Made by a program: the position numbers and the translations under genes
Shown: positions 48,373-61,800 of the stretch, in pieces
Numbering within the stretch: the stretch's first letter is position 1
Layout: every line of letters begins with the position of its first letter
From: Octopus sinensis
Taxonomy: Eukaryota
DNA length: 64,000 bases
Reading direction: 5' to 3'
Assembly: GCF_006345805.1 (NCBI RefSeq)
Contig: NC_042999.1
Coordinates: forward strand, 7,936,001-8,000,000
Notes under the pieces: generated by a model
The model's database searches: none
Told to the model about the DNA's origin: nothing
What the model saw: only the letters and a program-made list of their open reading frames with translations

Positions 48373-50525
48373 AAATAATACTAATCTTGTTGACCTTCAG
48401 TGGATTAATCGGGGGTGAGCGGAAACTAAACCTGTAGACAATTTGAACTTAGGACCTAAAGAAACGTAGCAAATATACCTCGTGGTATTTTGTCCACTCC
48501 CACAACTGATTGTGTCAAGTCACCAGCTATGAACTTCTTTCAAAATATTGATTGAAATCCATCCTTATTTATTGTTCATCAATATTTCCATCATCCATTG
48601 CATATTTTATCTTCTCCGTCTCCTCCTCTTTACTTATCCTCGAGGTTTATGATTTATTTTTCATTTCAGATTTTTTTTTTTTATTTAATAATAGCCTTTT
48701 GTTTGCCAGGATTATTTCTTCCATTTCTTATGCTACCATTCCACTCAAATCAGACATCTCCAATATCTTCCATCCTATTCTTCTCTATCCATGATCAATT
48801 CATCATCAAAGATATGCTACCATCAAGACTGACCGTTCTTTATTGTTTGGATACTTTTTGCAAAATGACTTGAAAGGGTTAGAATTCAATATGAAACTAA
48901 TAATCTTTACCAAGAAAAAAAAAAAGAAAAAAAAAGGAAACAAGAAATGAATTCCATTGTTAAGATGGTAAAAACGAAAGAGTGAACGATGAGCATCTTT
49001 GCTGGAATTTAAGGCTATTTTATGAGATTTTTATGTGACTCTGCCTTGACACAATAATCCACCGAAATATTTGCCAATTCCCTGTGTGTGTGGTACTGAA
49101 TCACTGCTCTCTCATTATCTCTGTTCACATCTCCTCTGCTGCCACATAAAAATGGCAAAACAAGCTTAATGCCTTATCCACTATGCAAACGGAGGAGGAA
49201 ACGAGGATTTGATGTGAGTTCAGGATTCTTCAACTTGAAGACTAAACTCTTCTGTGTTTTTCTTCTTATACACTCATCTGATGGGATTTCTCGTATTCTG
49301 CTCATGTATTAAGCAGATAAACGTAGAAAATAGAATAAGTAAAATATAATTGAAATAAACCAAACAAGGAAATATCTCCTAAGAATTGGAAATCTTGTAA
49401 ACCTGGTGCTTAACCACAGATTTTATAGCTTTCAGAAATAAATCTGTCATCAGATAATAAGCTGGTCAATCACAAGATATAAGTAGCATTTGTCCCCAAT
49501 AAGTAGGTGAGAGACACATTTGTTTGAAGAGCATAGGCCAGAGCCAGAAAGAATCAAATTCTTGCACCAAATTTGAACTCAATAATGGTCTCAAACATTT
49601 TACTTGTATATCAATAATATAATTTACGAAAATACTATTTGATGTTGTTCTCCTCCAACTCACTTTTGACTGCATAACATGAATAATGTATTTGAAATCT
49701 CATGGAAAGTAAATTGCGATTTTCCTCTGGCTAATTACAATCAATTATTAGTATATAGTTTGAACAATATCCTGTATTTATTGGTGAGTTATCAAGACAC
49801 GGAGAGCAATGAATTCAAATTAATTCCTCAGCATGAGAAACCATTTCTGTTATCAACATCTTAGAAGATGAGATAAAGTTAAAAATAATTATATATTATC
49901 AAAGGTAAAATAATAAATTCTACATGATTATTTGTCATGGTGAATGAACATCGGAGGAAGAACATTATGAGTTTGAATTTGAATGACGTTCTGTTCATTT
50001 TAAAATTTAATCTTTGTCAAAGAAAACCTCACACAAGAAGAAGAAGAAAAACAATTTTTAAATATAAAAATCTATTTTTATTTCAATGAACATAAAACTA
50101 GCTTTTTGTGATATATATTTTTTTATAGATAATTAAATATATATTATTGAGACTATTTTTGTTTGAAACTAATTTTAAAGATAAAATTAATTTCTGTGCA
50201 GAAGAGATTGAAATTAATAAGAAATGTTACAGGTGACTGAATCTACAGAGTTTGTGGCAGAAAAACCAGTCATGCTTGATAGGCTGACAAACATTTCAAT
50301 AGCAAATGCTTGATATGCACAAGTTCAAACTAAACCATGATTCTAACTGGAAAATGAACAAAACATTGGCAACATCAAAACACCATTACCCACTGCTTAA
50401 CTTCACTGGTGCCACACCAATATCCGTATAATACATGGGACACTGTTTTCTGTTGTACCTGTATGACTGGGTTATATTTCTGTGTACATTTCTGGTCAAA
50501 GGTTAAACACATTATTTACATTATA

Positions 50526-50695
50526 GGCGTAGGAGTGGCTGTGTGGTAAGTACTTGCTTACGAACCACATGGTTCCGGGTTCAATCCCACTGCATGACAC
50601 CTTGGGCAAGTGTCTTCTACTATAGCCTTGGGCCGACCAAAGCCTTGTGAGTGGATTTGGTAGACTGAAACTAAAAGAAGCCTGTCATATAAATG

Positions 50696-50727
<32 letters not shown>

Positions 50728-50912
50728 GTGTGTGTGTGTGTGTGTGTGTGTGGTCACTTGACAACCGATGCTGGTGTGTTTACGTCCCCATAACTTAGTG
50801 GTTCAGCAAAAGAGACTGATAGGCTTACAAAGAATAAGTCATGGGGTCGATTTGTTCGACTAAAGGCAGTGCTCCAGCATAGCCACAGTCAAATGGCTGA
50901 AACAAGTAAAAG
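50526..50912 (+). mobile_element. SINE-A, full length
   Basis: Complete head to 3' end. Confidence 0.9.
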
Positions 50913-50933
50913 TGTAAAAGAGAATAAAGATTA

Positions 50934-51426
50934 ATTTGACGGATATTTGTCCTCATCTTGTTTGTTGTTAACACAATGTTTCGGCTGATATACCCTCCAG
51001 CCTTCATCAGGTGCATTGGGGAAATTTCGAACCTGGGTTCTCATTCCAAAGGTATTTTTCGATGTTATTATTATTATTAAGGTCACTGCCTGGAATCAAA
51101 CTCAGAATGTTGGGGTTAGTAACTCGCACTCTTAACCACTATGACATATGCCCGTGGGTATATAGCATAGTGGTTAAGGGCACGGGCTACTAATCCCAAG
51201 ATTCCATGTTCGACTCCAGGCTGTGACCTGAATAATAATAATAATAATAATAACTTTAAAAGATACTTTAGGAATGAGAACCCAGGTTCGAAATTTCCCC
51301 AAGACACCTGATGAAGGCTGGAGGGTATATCAGCCGAAATGTTGTGTTAACAACAAACAAGATGAGAACTAATATCTGTCAAATGTAAATAATGTAAATA
51401 ATTCCTCATCTCTTAAATATAGAACT
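50934..51426. mobile_element. Head-to-head inverted dimer of tRNA-headed, hammerhead-bearing element (HH1)
   Basis: Symmetry axis ccc|gt|ggg at 51151-51158; each arm = tRNA-like head + (aat)n + hammerhead motif + tail. Confidence 0.85.
51303..51348 (+). ncRNA. Minimal type I hammerhead ribozyme motif (Penelope-type)
   Basis: GACAC-CTGATGA-a-GGCTG-gagggtatat-CAGCC-GAAA-T-GTT-GTGTT; mirror copy at 50969-51015 (-); activity untested. Confidence 0.65.
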
Positions 51427-51966
51427 GAAAAGGGAAACAGTTTATAACTCTTCTTTGGTGTTTGACAAATGACATTTAACTTTCTATGGTTCCGTCAGTG
51501 TTCTTTTCTCTGTTTTAAACATCAAGTGGCTAAGATACATTATTCATTCCTAGACAGAATAGTAGATGAACGAAGATAGCGTTTCTTTTATATGATCTGA
51601 TATCTAAGCCTATCCACAAAAGAAGATATGTAAAATTTACTGTATTAACTCAAATTCCAAAATGAAATGTTGCAGTCCAATTAAATTGAAGATCTATAAG
51701 CTAATTACCCAGTACCAAATCTACTTCACCATTTTCCCTCTACTGGGTGAGTCTATACGAGGATTAATACATGAAATGCAGTTATGAAGTGATAAACTAT
51801 AGATTTTTCTATAGGGTATCCTTTAAAAATGAGAATATCACTCTGTTAACACAAAAAGTAAGGCAGAGTATTGACCTTGGTAGTATACAACAGTATGAAA
51901 CCCTGTCTCTTTGTTTGTAATAAATATCCTGTTGGTGAGTGTGGTTATATAAAAGGTTTGTTGCCA

Positions 51967-52197
51967 GGTGGCGAGCTGGCAGAATTGTTAGCACACTGGG
52001 CAAAATGCGTAGCTGTATTTCGTCTGCTGTTATGTTCTGAGTTCAAATTCCACCAAGGGCAACTTTGCTTTTCATCCTTTCGGGGTCGATTAAATAAGTA
52101 CCAGTTACGCACTGGGGTCGATATAATCGACTTAATTCATTTGTCTGTCCTTGTTTGTCTCCTCTATGTTTAACCCCTTGTGGGTAGTAAAGAAATA
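51967..52197 (+). mobile_element. SINE-B, full length
   Basis: Head to gtaaagaaata. Confidence 0.9.
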
Positions 52198-53417
52198 TAT
52201 ATAATGGGTTTGTTGCCTTGAAATGTTTAAGTTCAAATTCCCTTATGTTGAAAGAAGAAAACTGTTTTGTTGTCCAAGTGAATTTGGATTTAAGATTGAG
52301 TGACTGGATTTTATTGTATCTTGATAAATAAAAGGTCAACTCCATTTCTATAATGATTTCATACTAAAACAGTGAGATACCAGACTGATTATTCCACATC
52401 ACAGATCAACAAACTGATGTATTGCCTGTCCCTACAGACAGAGCGCTTACGATATCACTAACAGTTTCTTAAATGGCACAATGTCATAAAGTTTCGGACA
52501 GATGTAACCAGTCAGATTCCTGTATATGACTGGGTTTTATTTTATTAAAACAAGAAGCCTTACTATAGTGGGATTTGAACACCCAGAATATGGAACCAAA
52601 GGCTCACAGAAATTTAAAGCAATGCCTTGTAATATCTGTCATTCAACAGCTTTCATTATACCAATAATAACATCTACTAAATGATATCATCATCATTGAT
52701 TTAATGTTCATTTTTCCATCCCTGCATGAGTGAGATTAAATTGGTTGAGGCAAATATTCTATACCAGGATGGCCTTCCTGTTGCCAATCCTCACCTACCT
52801 CCATGCAAAGTAGTATATCCTCATAGCCAGAAAATATTTTCACAGAAGACTAAAAATGAATGACACTGCTTGTAGGATGGTGACACTTGTTTACAACAGT
52901 TGTACAATGTAAAGACTAGGAGGTGCCAATTCACACACATGCAACATACATATATATATACCATCAACATTAGACATGTAGGTGCAAAGGACCATTTAAG
53001 AAGTCCATTTTGAATGCCTTCCTCTAGAAATATGCCAACTTCTCCAGCCTAACTCGGTAACTGGTTTATCTCTCCAATAATTGATTATAGAAACACCTTT
53101 CACTCACCAATATAGCATTACTCTGAACAGATTTTAAAATACCCATCTACACCTCATGGAATCTCGCTAACACGATTATGACCGAAACGAACACCACCAC
53201 AGATGAAACTAACATACATATATATATTTATACATAGTGAGAAGTTGAGGTTATAAGAGATAATGGTGTCATTGAGACCCAAAGGTGTCAGGTAATGCTG
53301 AATAAGTGCTATAGACACCATAGTTAAGTTCCAGATTCGGTAATTTTGCGAATAAAGGGTTCAACATTGGTTCTATGTTAGCGAAACTAACTATGACTTA
53401 ACTTTTCATCTCACATT

Positions 53418-53472
53418 GTCTCCGATGAAGGGATATTATTATTAATTAATATTCTAGAATCAGCTGTAAGAC
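53418..53472 (+). ncRNA. Degenerate Penelope-type hammerhead motif (family HH3)
   Basis: GTCT-CCGATGA-a-gggata...tattcta-GAAT-CAGCTG-TA-AGAC; palindromic helix III. Confidence 0.5.
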
Positions 53473-53565
53473 CTTCTATCTATAAATGCTCTAATATCTA
53501 TACAGCCTTGGTTTTTTTCTCTCATTACGCAAAAAATTCATGTATCTTTTATATATCTTCTATAT

Positions 53566-53951
53566 CTTTTACTTGTTTCAGTCATTTGACTGCGGCCATG
53601 CTGGAGCACTGCCTTTAGTCGAACAAATCGACCCCGGGACTTATTCTTTGTAAGCCCAATACTTATTCTATCGGTCTCTTTTGCCAAACCGCTAAGTGAC
53701 GGGGACGTAAACACACCAGCATCGGTTGTTAAGCGATGCTAGGGGGACAAACACAGACACACACACATATATATATATATACATATATACGACGGGCTTC
53801 TTTCAGTTTCCGTCTACCAAATCCACTCACAAGGCATTGGTCGGCCCAAGGCTATAGTAGAAGACACTTGCCCAAGGTGCCACGCAGTGGGGCTGAATGC
53901 GGAACCATGTGGTTGGTAAGCAAGCTACTTACCACACAGCCACTCCTGCGC
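53566..53951 (-). mobile_element. SINE-A, full length, well conserved
   Basis: Retains most CpGs of the family. Confidence 0.9.
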
Positions 53952-54511
53952 TATATATTTATATATATTTATACAATGAGCTTTTCCTAGTTCCTGTCTG
54001 TCCCAAATTCACTCACAAGGCTTTGGTCAGCCTGGGGCTACAGCAAAAGATATTTTCCCAAGATAGCATGCAGTGGGACTGAACTCAGAAGCAAGCAGTT
54101 CAAAAGCAAGTTTCTTCACCATGCAGCCACGTCTGCATCTTATACTTTATTCGAAAGTGTTCCAGAAGCAATTTATTAGATTATTGGGCAAAAACTCTAC
54201 AATTTTGTTCGATGTTGTGTCTCGGAGCAAATCAACATGATATGGTGCATCTCTTTCTGAGAATTAATGCAGAGCACGAGGTCGACTGCACAGGAATGCA
54301 CAATGCTTAGAATACAGGTACTCATCAGGTGCTCTCTCTCTCTCTCTCTCTAGCTACAGGTGTGGTTGTGTGGTAAGAAGCATGGTTCTGGGTTCAGTCC
54401 CACTGTGTGATACCTTGGGCTAGTGTCTTCTACTATAGTCTCAAACTGACAAAAACCTTGAGGGTGGATTTGTTGCACAGAAACTGAAAGATGCCTGTCA
54501 TATATATATGC

Positions 54512-54559
<48 letters not shown>

Positions 54560-54560
54560 G

Positions 54561-54905
<345 letters not shown>

Positions 54906-55662
54906 TTTATTTTTTCATATATATATGTATTTATGTATATATATGTGAGTCTGCGTTTGTGCCCCACCCACCAAAGGAGGGTTACACTCCTTATGGCAAG
55001 TGTTTGCACTTAAACTAGACATCATATTTAGGGCTATGAGGAACTAAGTGAAAGCAACTAGAAGTAGTTCATCCAGGAATTGAACCTGTTTCACAGACCC
55101 AATTCACACCAAAACTTGTCCAACCTTTTCAAAACCTGTAGATGAAGGGAACGAAAAAACCAGAATATAGCTATACACACCATAATGCATTTTTTCGTTT
55201 ATTTCTGCTGCACACTGCAATAAAGGTGGGCGACAAATGCATCAATGTGTTGCAATTTCTGCAATTTCACAACTATTTTTATATTTATTATTGTATTTTT
55301 TTTATTATGTTGTTTTATTTATGATTTTATTTTATTTGCTTCCATATAATTTATGTCGTTTTCCTCCGCAGCATCAGTGACAAACGATTCACACTCTGCA
55401 TTCTCTAACTCTTCAGCATCTCACACACAGGCATGCATTGGATCATGCTCCAGCACACACACACGCACACACACATGCATGCACACACAGGTGTGCACAC
55501 ACAGGTGTGCACACACGGTTTGCTTAAGAGAAGCTGAATCAATAAACACATTCCATTTCTTCAGGTAACTTCACAGTCAATTTACTTGAAACCTGATGCA
55601 TAAATTGTTCAGAACTGAAGAAAGAGAGAAGTAGATAAAGAAAGAGAGAATGAAAAAAGCGT

Positions 55663-55710
<48 letters not shown>

Positions 55711-55962
55711 AAGGAGGGGTGGCGTGGAAAATACGTTTCAAAAATCTAAGACCATTAAGTAGAAGAAGAACAATAACAATGGTGCACAAAGACACAAAAG
55801 ACTTGAGAGAAGATAGGAAAATGGTGTGGCAAAGGTGAGAAGGAAGTTGCCAGTTCTTAAAGAAGTGAAGCAAAAATCATTCATATTTTTACCGTGTGCG
55901 TACGCATCTGTATATATATATATGTGTGTGTGTGCATGTGTATGTATATATATGTGTGTGTG

Positions 55963-56001
<39 letters not shown>

Positions 56002-56290
56002 AATATACATATGCATGCACACATATATATATATATATATATACATACATACATATATACATATATATATACAAATATATATATATATATATATTTGTAT
56101 GTATATATATATATTTATCTTACTGTGAGATCACTTTTGCGATACTCAGCCAATCCTGGTGTTCCACTTGTTGATATATCTAGATTCTGACGAATCTAGT
56201 AACTAATCTGTCTCCGTGTGTGTATGTACATATGTATATATATATGTGTATATATATATATATAGGCAATAAATATATATATATATATAC

Positions 56291-56840
56291 GCGCAGGTGT
56301 GGCTGTGTGGTAAAAAGCTTGCTTTCCAACCACACGATTCTGGGTTCACTCCCACTGCATGGCACCTTGGACAAGTGTCCTCTACTATTGCTTAGGGCCA
56401 ACCGAAGTCTTGTGGGTAGATGTCGTAGCTGGAAACTGAAAGAAGCCTATTGTATATATATATATATAGTGAGAATTTACAAAAAACAAAAGACGAAGAC
56501 AGGTGTGTAAACAACAAACAGATGTATTAGTTTAATGCTAGGGAAGTGAGAAGTCTTTTTATGTTTCGAGCCTATGCTCTTCGACAGAAAGGAACACAGA
56601 AATAAACAGGGTGCGATATGTGTATATGTTTATGTGTTTGTGTTTGTCCCTGCCACCATTGCTTGACAACTGATGTTCGTGCGTTTACATCCCCGTAACT
56701 TATCGGTTTGGTAACAGAGACTGCTAAAATAAGTACTAGGTTTACAAAGAATATGTCCAGTGGTCGATTTGTTAGACTAAAAGGCAGTGCTCCAGCATGG
56801 CTGCAATGAAAATGACTGAAACAAGGAAAAGAATAAAAGA
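56291..56840 (+). mobile_element. SINE-A whose internal (TA)n carries an HH2 element (56468-56612, minus)
   Basis: 5' and 3' halves of SINE-A separated by the insert; motif cttt-CTGTCGA-a-gagc-atag-gctc-GAAA-cat-a-aaaag at 56554-56592. Confidence 0.85.
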
Positions 56841-57007
56841 AGAAAAGAATATATAGACACATAATTAAATGTATCCTAATGTAATCCTATTGTCTTTGTA
56901 CACCCTGATGATTTTCCATCCAAGGTATTTAAAATGTAAAATTATATATTTAGATATGTTTTGTAATTTTAAAAACAGTACAAGTGTAAGAAACCTTATC
57001 CTCCACA

Positions 57008-57320
57008 TTGAGACCCCCTTCAGTCATGGGATTGCACCTAGAGAGTTCCCCTCCAAGGCACAAGTCTGAGAAAGGCAGTTTATGGAAGACCAGCAATTGC
57101 CCATGCATACCAGCCCCCCCCCTCCATGCCACCGATGTTATCCAAAGGGGCCGATACAACTTGGCACCAGTGACATCGCAACTCATTTCTACCACTGAGT
57201 CAACTGGAGCAATGTGAAATAAAGTGTCTTGCTCAAGAACACAACATGCAGCCCTGTCTGGGAATCAAACTCACAACCTCACGATCGTAAGCTCAACGCT
57301 CTAACCACATGGCTCATTCA
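57008..57320 (-). mobile_element. SINE-E
   Basis: Reverse-complement match to 25503-25838. Confidence 0.85.
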
Positions 57321-58364
57321 TTTGCTGGTAAGCTGCATTTTGGCAGATGGAGAATACTCTCTCAAAGCCCGAGATTTGAAGACACTTGAAAGTCATGGGC
57401 AGGTGATACAACGCATCTCTAAACCCATCTAGGGGTGATGGATATCAATGTTTTTCCCATTTTTCTGACTTATTAACATCACGTATCTGAACAGGATTGG
57501 AAATGAATCATTTCACCAGTCCCCGACTTATATGCACATAACATGCAAACTATTTGCGGGTATGCACAGACTGTGCATACGTAAGAACCAGAGATGAATT
57601 GCAGCCTGTCCGTTCTCTTCCAATTTTAGTTATTTGAAATTTTCCTGTAAGGAAGGAATTGGTTTCTAGCAAAAGTACAAAGCTTTATCTTTGGAATGTA
57701 GATAACAAAAATAATTTCCGATTTTGACCTTGAGAAAATTCCTGCATATTTCTCCTTTACCACTTACATAATTATATATATATATATGGGGCTGTTAATA
57801 CAAATACAATGGCAGAAATATTATATTTATGAGCTTCAATCAGAAGATATTCATCATGCTAATGCTAGAGCTGAACACAATTACTAAAACTGCCAAATTA
57901 AGGATGAAACCTGCAGTTATTTAGATGCAAAATGTACTTGTTAACCATTTCGTTATACACGTACTTATATGTCAAATTTTAAGTTAAAGAGGGTAAATTG
58001 TAATACAATTTTAAGTTGAAAGAAACTTTTGTCATTCATTTAATAAATTACATAATTAGGAGTTTAAAAATTTATTGGCAAAGTTTCAATTCCAGAGAAA
58101 TTGATAAAAATTGCTGCTCAAATTGATCTGGTAGTTTTATGATTAACCATAAAGATTCCATAAAACTGAGCATTAATATCTCTATATTAGGAGTATCTTA
58201 ATTTTCATCATACATTTTGATCATTTGTTTTGTTGGACGGTAAAAGTAGTCATTATTATTTGTAACTAACACAGTACTAGTATTAATGCCAAAAAGATTC
58301 TCTTATATGTATGTATGAACATAAATATATCAATATAATGTTATACATAATGTGTGTGAGTACA

Positions 58365-58735
58365 TCATCACCATAATCATCTTTTAACGTCCGCTTTCCA
58401 TGCTGGCATGGGTTGGACGGTTCGACTGAGGGCTGTTGAGCCAGAAGGCTGCACCAGTCTCCAATTTGATCTGGCAAAGTTTTACTGGTGGATACCCTTC
58501 CTAATGCCAACCACTCCAAGAGTGTAGTGGGTGCTTTTACATGCCACTGCCATGAGGGCCAGTCCGGTGGTATTGGCATTGGCCATGCTCAAATGGTGCT
58601 TTTTATGTGCCACCTGCGCAGGAGCCAGTCCAGTGGCACAGGCAACGACCACGCTTGAATGGTACTTTTTGTACGTGCCACTGGCACAGGAAACAGTCAG
58701 CAGCCCTGGCAACGATCACCCTTGAATGGTGCTAC
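58365..58735 (-). mobile_element. Repeat C
   Basis: Reverse complement of body and subrepeats. Confidence 0.85.
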
Positions 58736-59047
58736 GTATATGTATATGCATGGGTGTGTGGTTAAGGAGTTCATTCCCTAACCCCCAGTCATTTCTGGCC
58801 TCTTGGGCAAGTGCCTTCTACTATGGCCCCAGGCTGACCAAGAAACATGTGAGTGGATTTAGTTGAGAGAAGATAAAATGAGACTATTTTGTGTGTGTTG
58901 TATATGTGCGTGGGCGTGTGTGAATGTGTATATGAATGCATGCATGTGTGTATGCATATCTATCTATCTATCTATCCATACATACATATAGTTGCAATAA
59001 TCTCAAACCAAATAATAACACACATGCATACAAATACACACTCATAT

Positions 59048-59097
<50 letters not shown>

Positions 59098-59749
59098 AAA
59101 TAATATGTGACAATTATTCAATTGTCACGGATGCCGAAGTGGAAATCCACAACACCATCTCTTCGGTTATCTGGCCATCTGATTTACAGATAAATTTCCT
59201 CTGTTTACATAATATTGGGGTCTCTTTCTTTCTTTTGTTATCTTACCGTTTTTACCAATATATATATATATATATATTATACATATAGATATAAACATAT
59301 ACGCACACATTTATATATGTGTGTGTGCATACATGACGGATATTAGCATGATAACAATAAAATGAAGCAGTGGTGGTATGCTGTGTCTCATACAACAAGG
59401 GCTATTAGAATGATTGCAGTAGTAGTAGTAGTGGATGGTTGTGGTAGTGGGAGGAGGTAATGACGGTAACTGGAGTAGCTTTGTAGTGGTGGTGGTGGTG
59501 GTGGTGCTATTGCTAATGAAGGTATTGTTAATAGTAGTAGTAGTAGTAATGCTCTCATGCTCTCATTCTATGAGTGGTGGTAGTGATGGTGATTGGGGAA
59601 AATAGAAAGAAAAGTGAGGAAGTGGAGGAGGAGGATGGGGAGGGGTGGAATCGATCATTGCTTTTCTTTGTATAATGCCCCATTTCACCTGTTCATTTAT
59701 ATACATAGGTGTCTGTCTGTATTTGTAGGTATGCACACACACTCACACA

Positions 59750-59784
59750 TGTACATATATATATATATGTATGTATATATATAT

Positions 59785-59836
<52 letters not shown>

Positions 59837-60113
59837 TGATATGTATGCGTGTGCATATGAATACATTCTTCATTCAACCCTAATTCTAAATGCATGTATG
59901 CACAAACACACATACACACACACATATATAGATATACATATATTCATATATATATGTATATATATATATGTATGTATATATATATGTATATATATATGTG
60001 TATATATATATATATATATACATATATATATGTATTATATATACATATATATATATATATGTATATATATATGTATATATATATGTATATATATATGTAA
60101 TATATATATATAT

Positions 60114-60156
<43 letters not shown>

Positions 60157-60240
60157 ATATATATATCTGTCTATCTATATCTGCATATATATTATATATA
60201 TATATATGTGGTGTGTGCGTGTGTATGTGTATGTATGTAT
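59750..60240. repeat. Interrupted (TA)n/(TG)n field
   Basis: Direct inspection. Confidence 0.95.
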
Positions 60241-60517
60241 GTAGTTTTCATTCATTCTTCATTCTGTAGCTTCTGTTCTTCAGCCTAATACATTTCTTCA
60301 GATTCCTGCACTGACTAACTTCATAAAATTTTACTCCAACATGTGCCTATTGTTGTTGTTGTTGATGCTGTTGACTAAAGCTGAATTGTTAATCACTTTC
60401 TCTAAAGCTTCCCATGTTGCCACAGAAAAAAAAAATCCTGTATGCAATTCTTGAAACAGCACCAGGTTACTTCTCAATTTAGTTTTTGATGTCAATATGA
60501 TTATTATTATTATTATC

Positions 60518-60552
<35 letters not shown>

Positions 60553-60617
60553 TATCCTTATCATTATTATTATCATTATTATCCTTATTATTATTATCAT
60601 TATTATTATATATTATT

Positions 60618-60697
<80 letters not shown>

Positions 60698-60722
60698 TAT
60701 TATTGCTATTATTATTATTATT

Positions 60723-61018
60723 AGCATTTCAACAGTGTGATCCTCTGCACTGGTTATTTCTGTTGGAATCGTATGAGTCATAACCAATGACTAAGGGGTC
60801 CTGTAGCTTTTCTTTCTTCCTTTACAGTTCAAGAACCTTCCTTAGAATCTAAGCTATTCCTAGCAGTCTTCTATGAAAATTCTTTACACATCTCAATTTC
60901 AAATTTTGCAATTGTGTTCTTAATTAATGTATTACTGTCCCCAACGCACACTTCTCCTAGACGCATATTATTTGTAAATTTCTCACACACTTTAATACCA
61001 CTTTGTAGTTTTCTCTTC
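60723..61018 (-). mobile_element. Dong-like LINE 3' end, decayed, (TAA)n tail
   Basis: ALGTVIH*...LLGIA*ILRKVLEL* plus UTR running into (taa)n. Confidence 0.7.
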
Positions 61019-61068
61019 ATACATACATACATACATACATACATACATACATACATACATACATACAT

Positions 61069-61800
61069 AATGCTGCCCAGCGGATGTTAACATAAAGCTG
61101 AAGATCAGTGAAAAAGAGAACACCTATGCTGAACTATAGAGAAATCTGCAGTTAATCTATCCAGATTACAAGTTAGGTTTATACTTGTAATTATTGGGGC
61201 CCTAGGATATGTAACACACAGCCTAAATACCAATCTTGAGAAATTAGGCTTCTCAAAACCTGAAAGAAGAAAGCTAATTGGAAGACTACAGATTTAATCC
61301 ATCACTGGAACTGTAAAAATCTGTAAAACTTTCCAGAAGTTTATCATTTAAATATGTCTAGATATGCAACTATATGCATGAGAATGCATACATAGAGCAA
61401 AACATACAAATCTGCACACATACACACATATATACATACAAACAAAAATAACCTGCTGTTGTTGTTGAAATTCCAATGAAGGAACCTTGGATCTAGGTTA
61501 GAAACCAGCACTTTCTCTATTGGCAAGAAATCTTGAAATATAACTGAACAACGACATACATACATACATATACATACATATACATACATGCATACATACA
61601 TACATACATACATACATACATACATACATACATACATACATTCATTAATTCAAAGAAAACTACCCTTTTGTTGATGTTGAAATTCCAGTGAAGGAACCTT
61701 AGATCTAGGTTACAAACCGGTTCTTTCTCTATTGGCAAGAAACCTTGAAATAAACTGAATAACAACATACATACAAACATACAGACAGACAGACAGACAG
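61069..61800 (+). mobile_element. REL non-LTR 3' end in an (ATAC)n array, plus a second tandem 3' UTR
   Basis: CPADVNIKLKISEKENTYAEL*RNLQLIYPDY...GALGYVTHSLNTNLEKLGF...TGTVKICKTFQKFII*; UTR ...ggcaagaaa.cttgaaata.aactgaa followed by (acat)n, twice. Confidence 0.75.

Noticed and set aside
48830-49800. Exon-like segments on both strands (IISFILNSNPFKSFCKKYPNNKER; RGKSQFTFHEISNTLFMLCSQ; plus-strand TTG|gtgagt)
   Set aside because: Phases are mutually incompatible, strands conflict and no homology is recognised.
54321-54328. CTGATGAG on the minus strand (hammerhead core-like)
   Set aside because: No paired helix II closing onto GAAA and no helix I partner.
59107-59128. 9-bp hairpin gtgacaatt-attc-aattgtcac
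   Set aside because: Short, inside a (TA)n-associated repeat fragment, with no further supporting motif.
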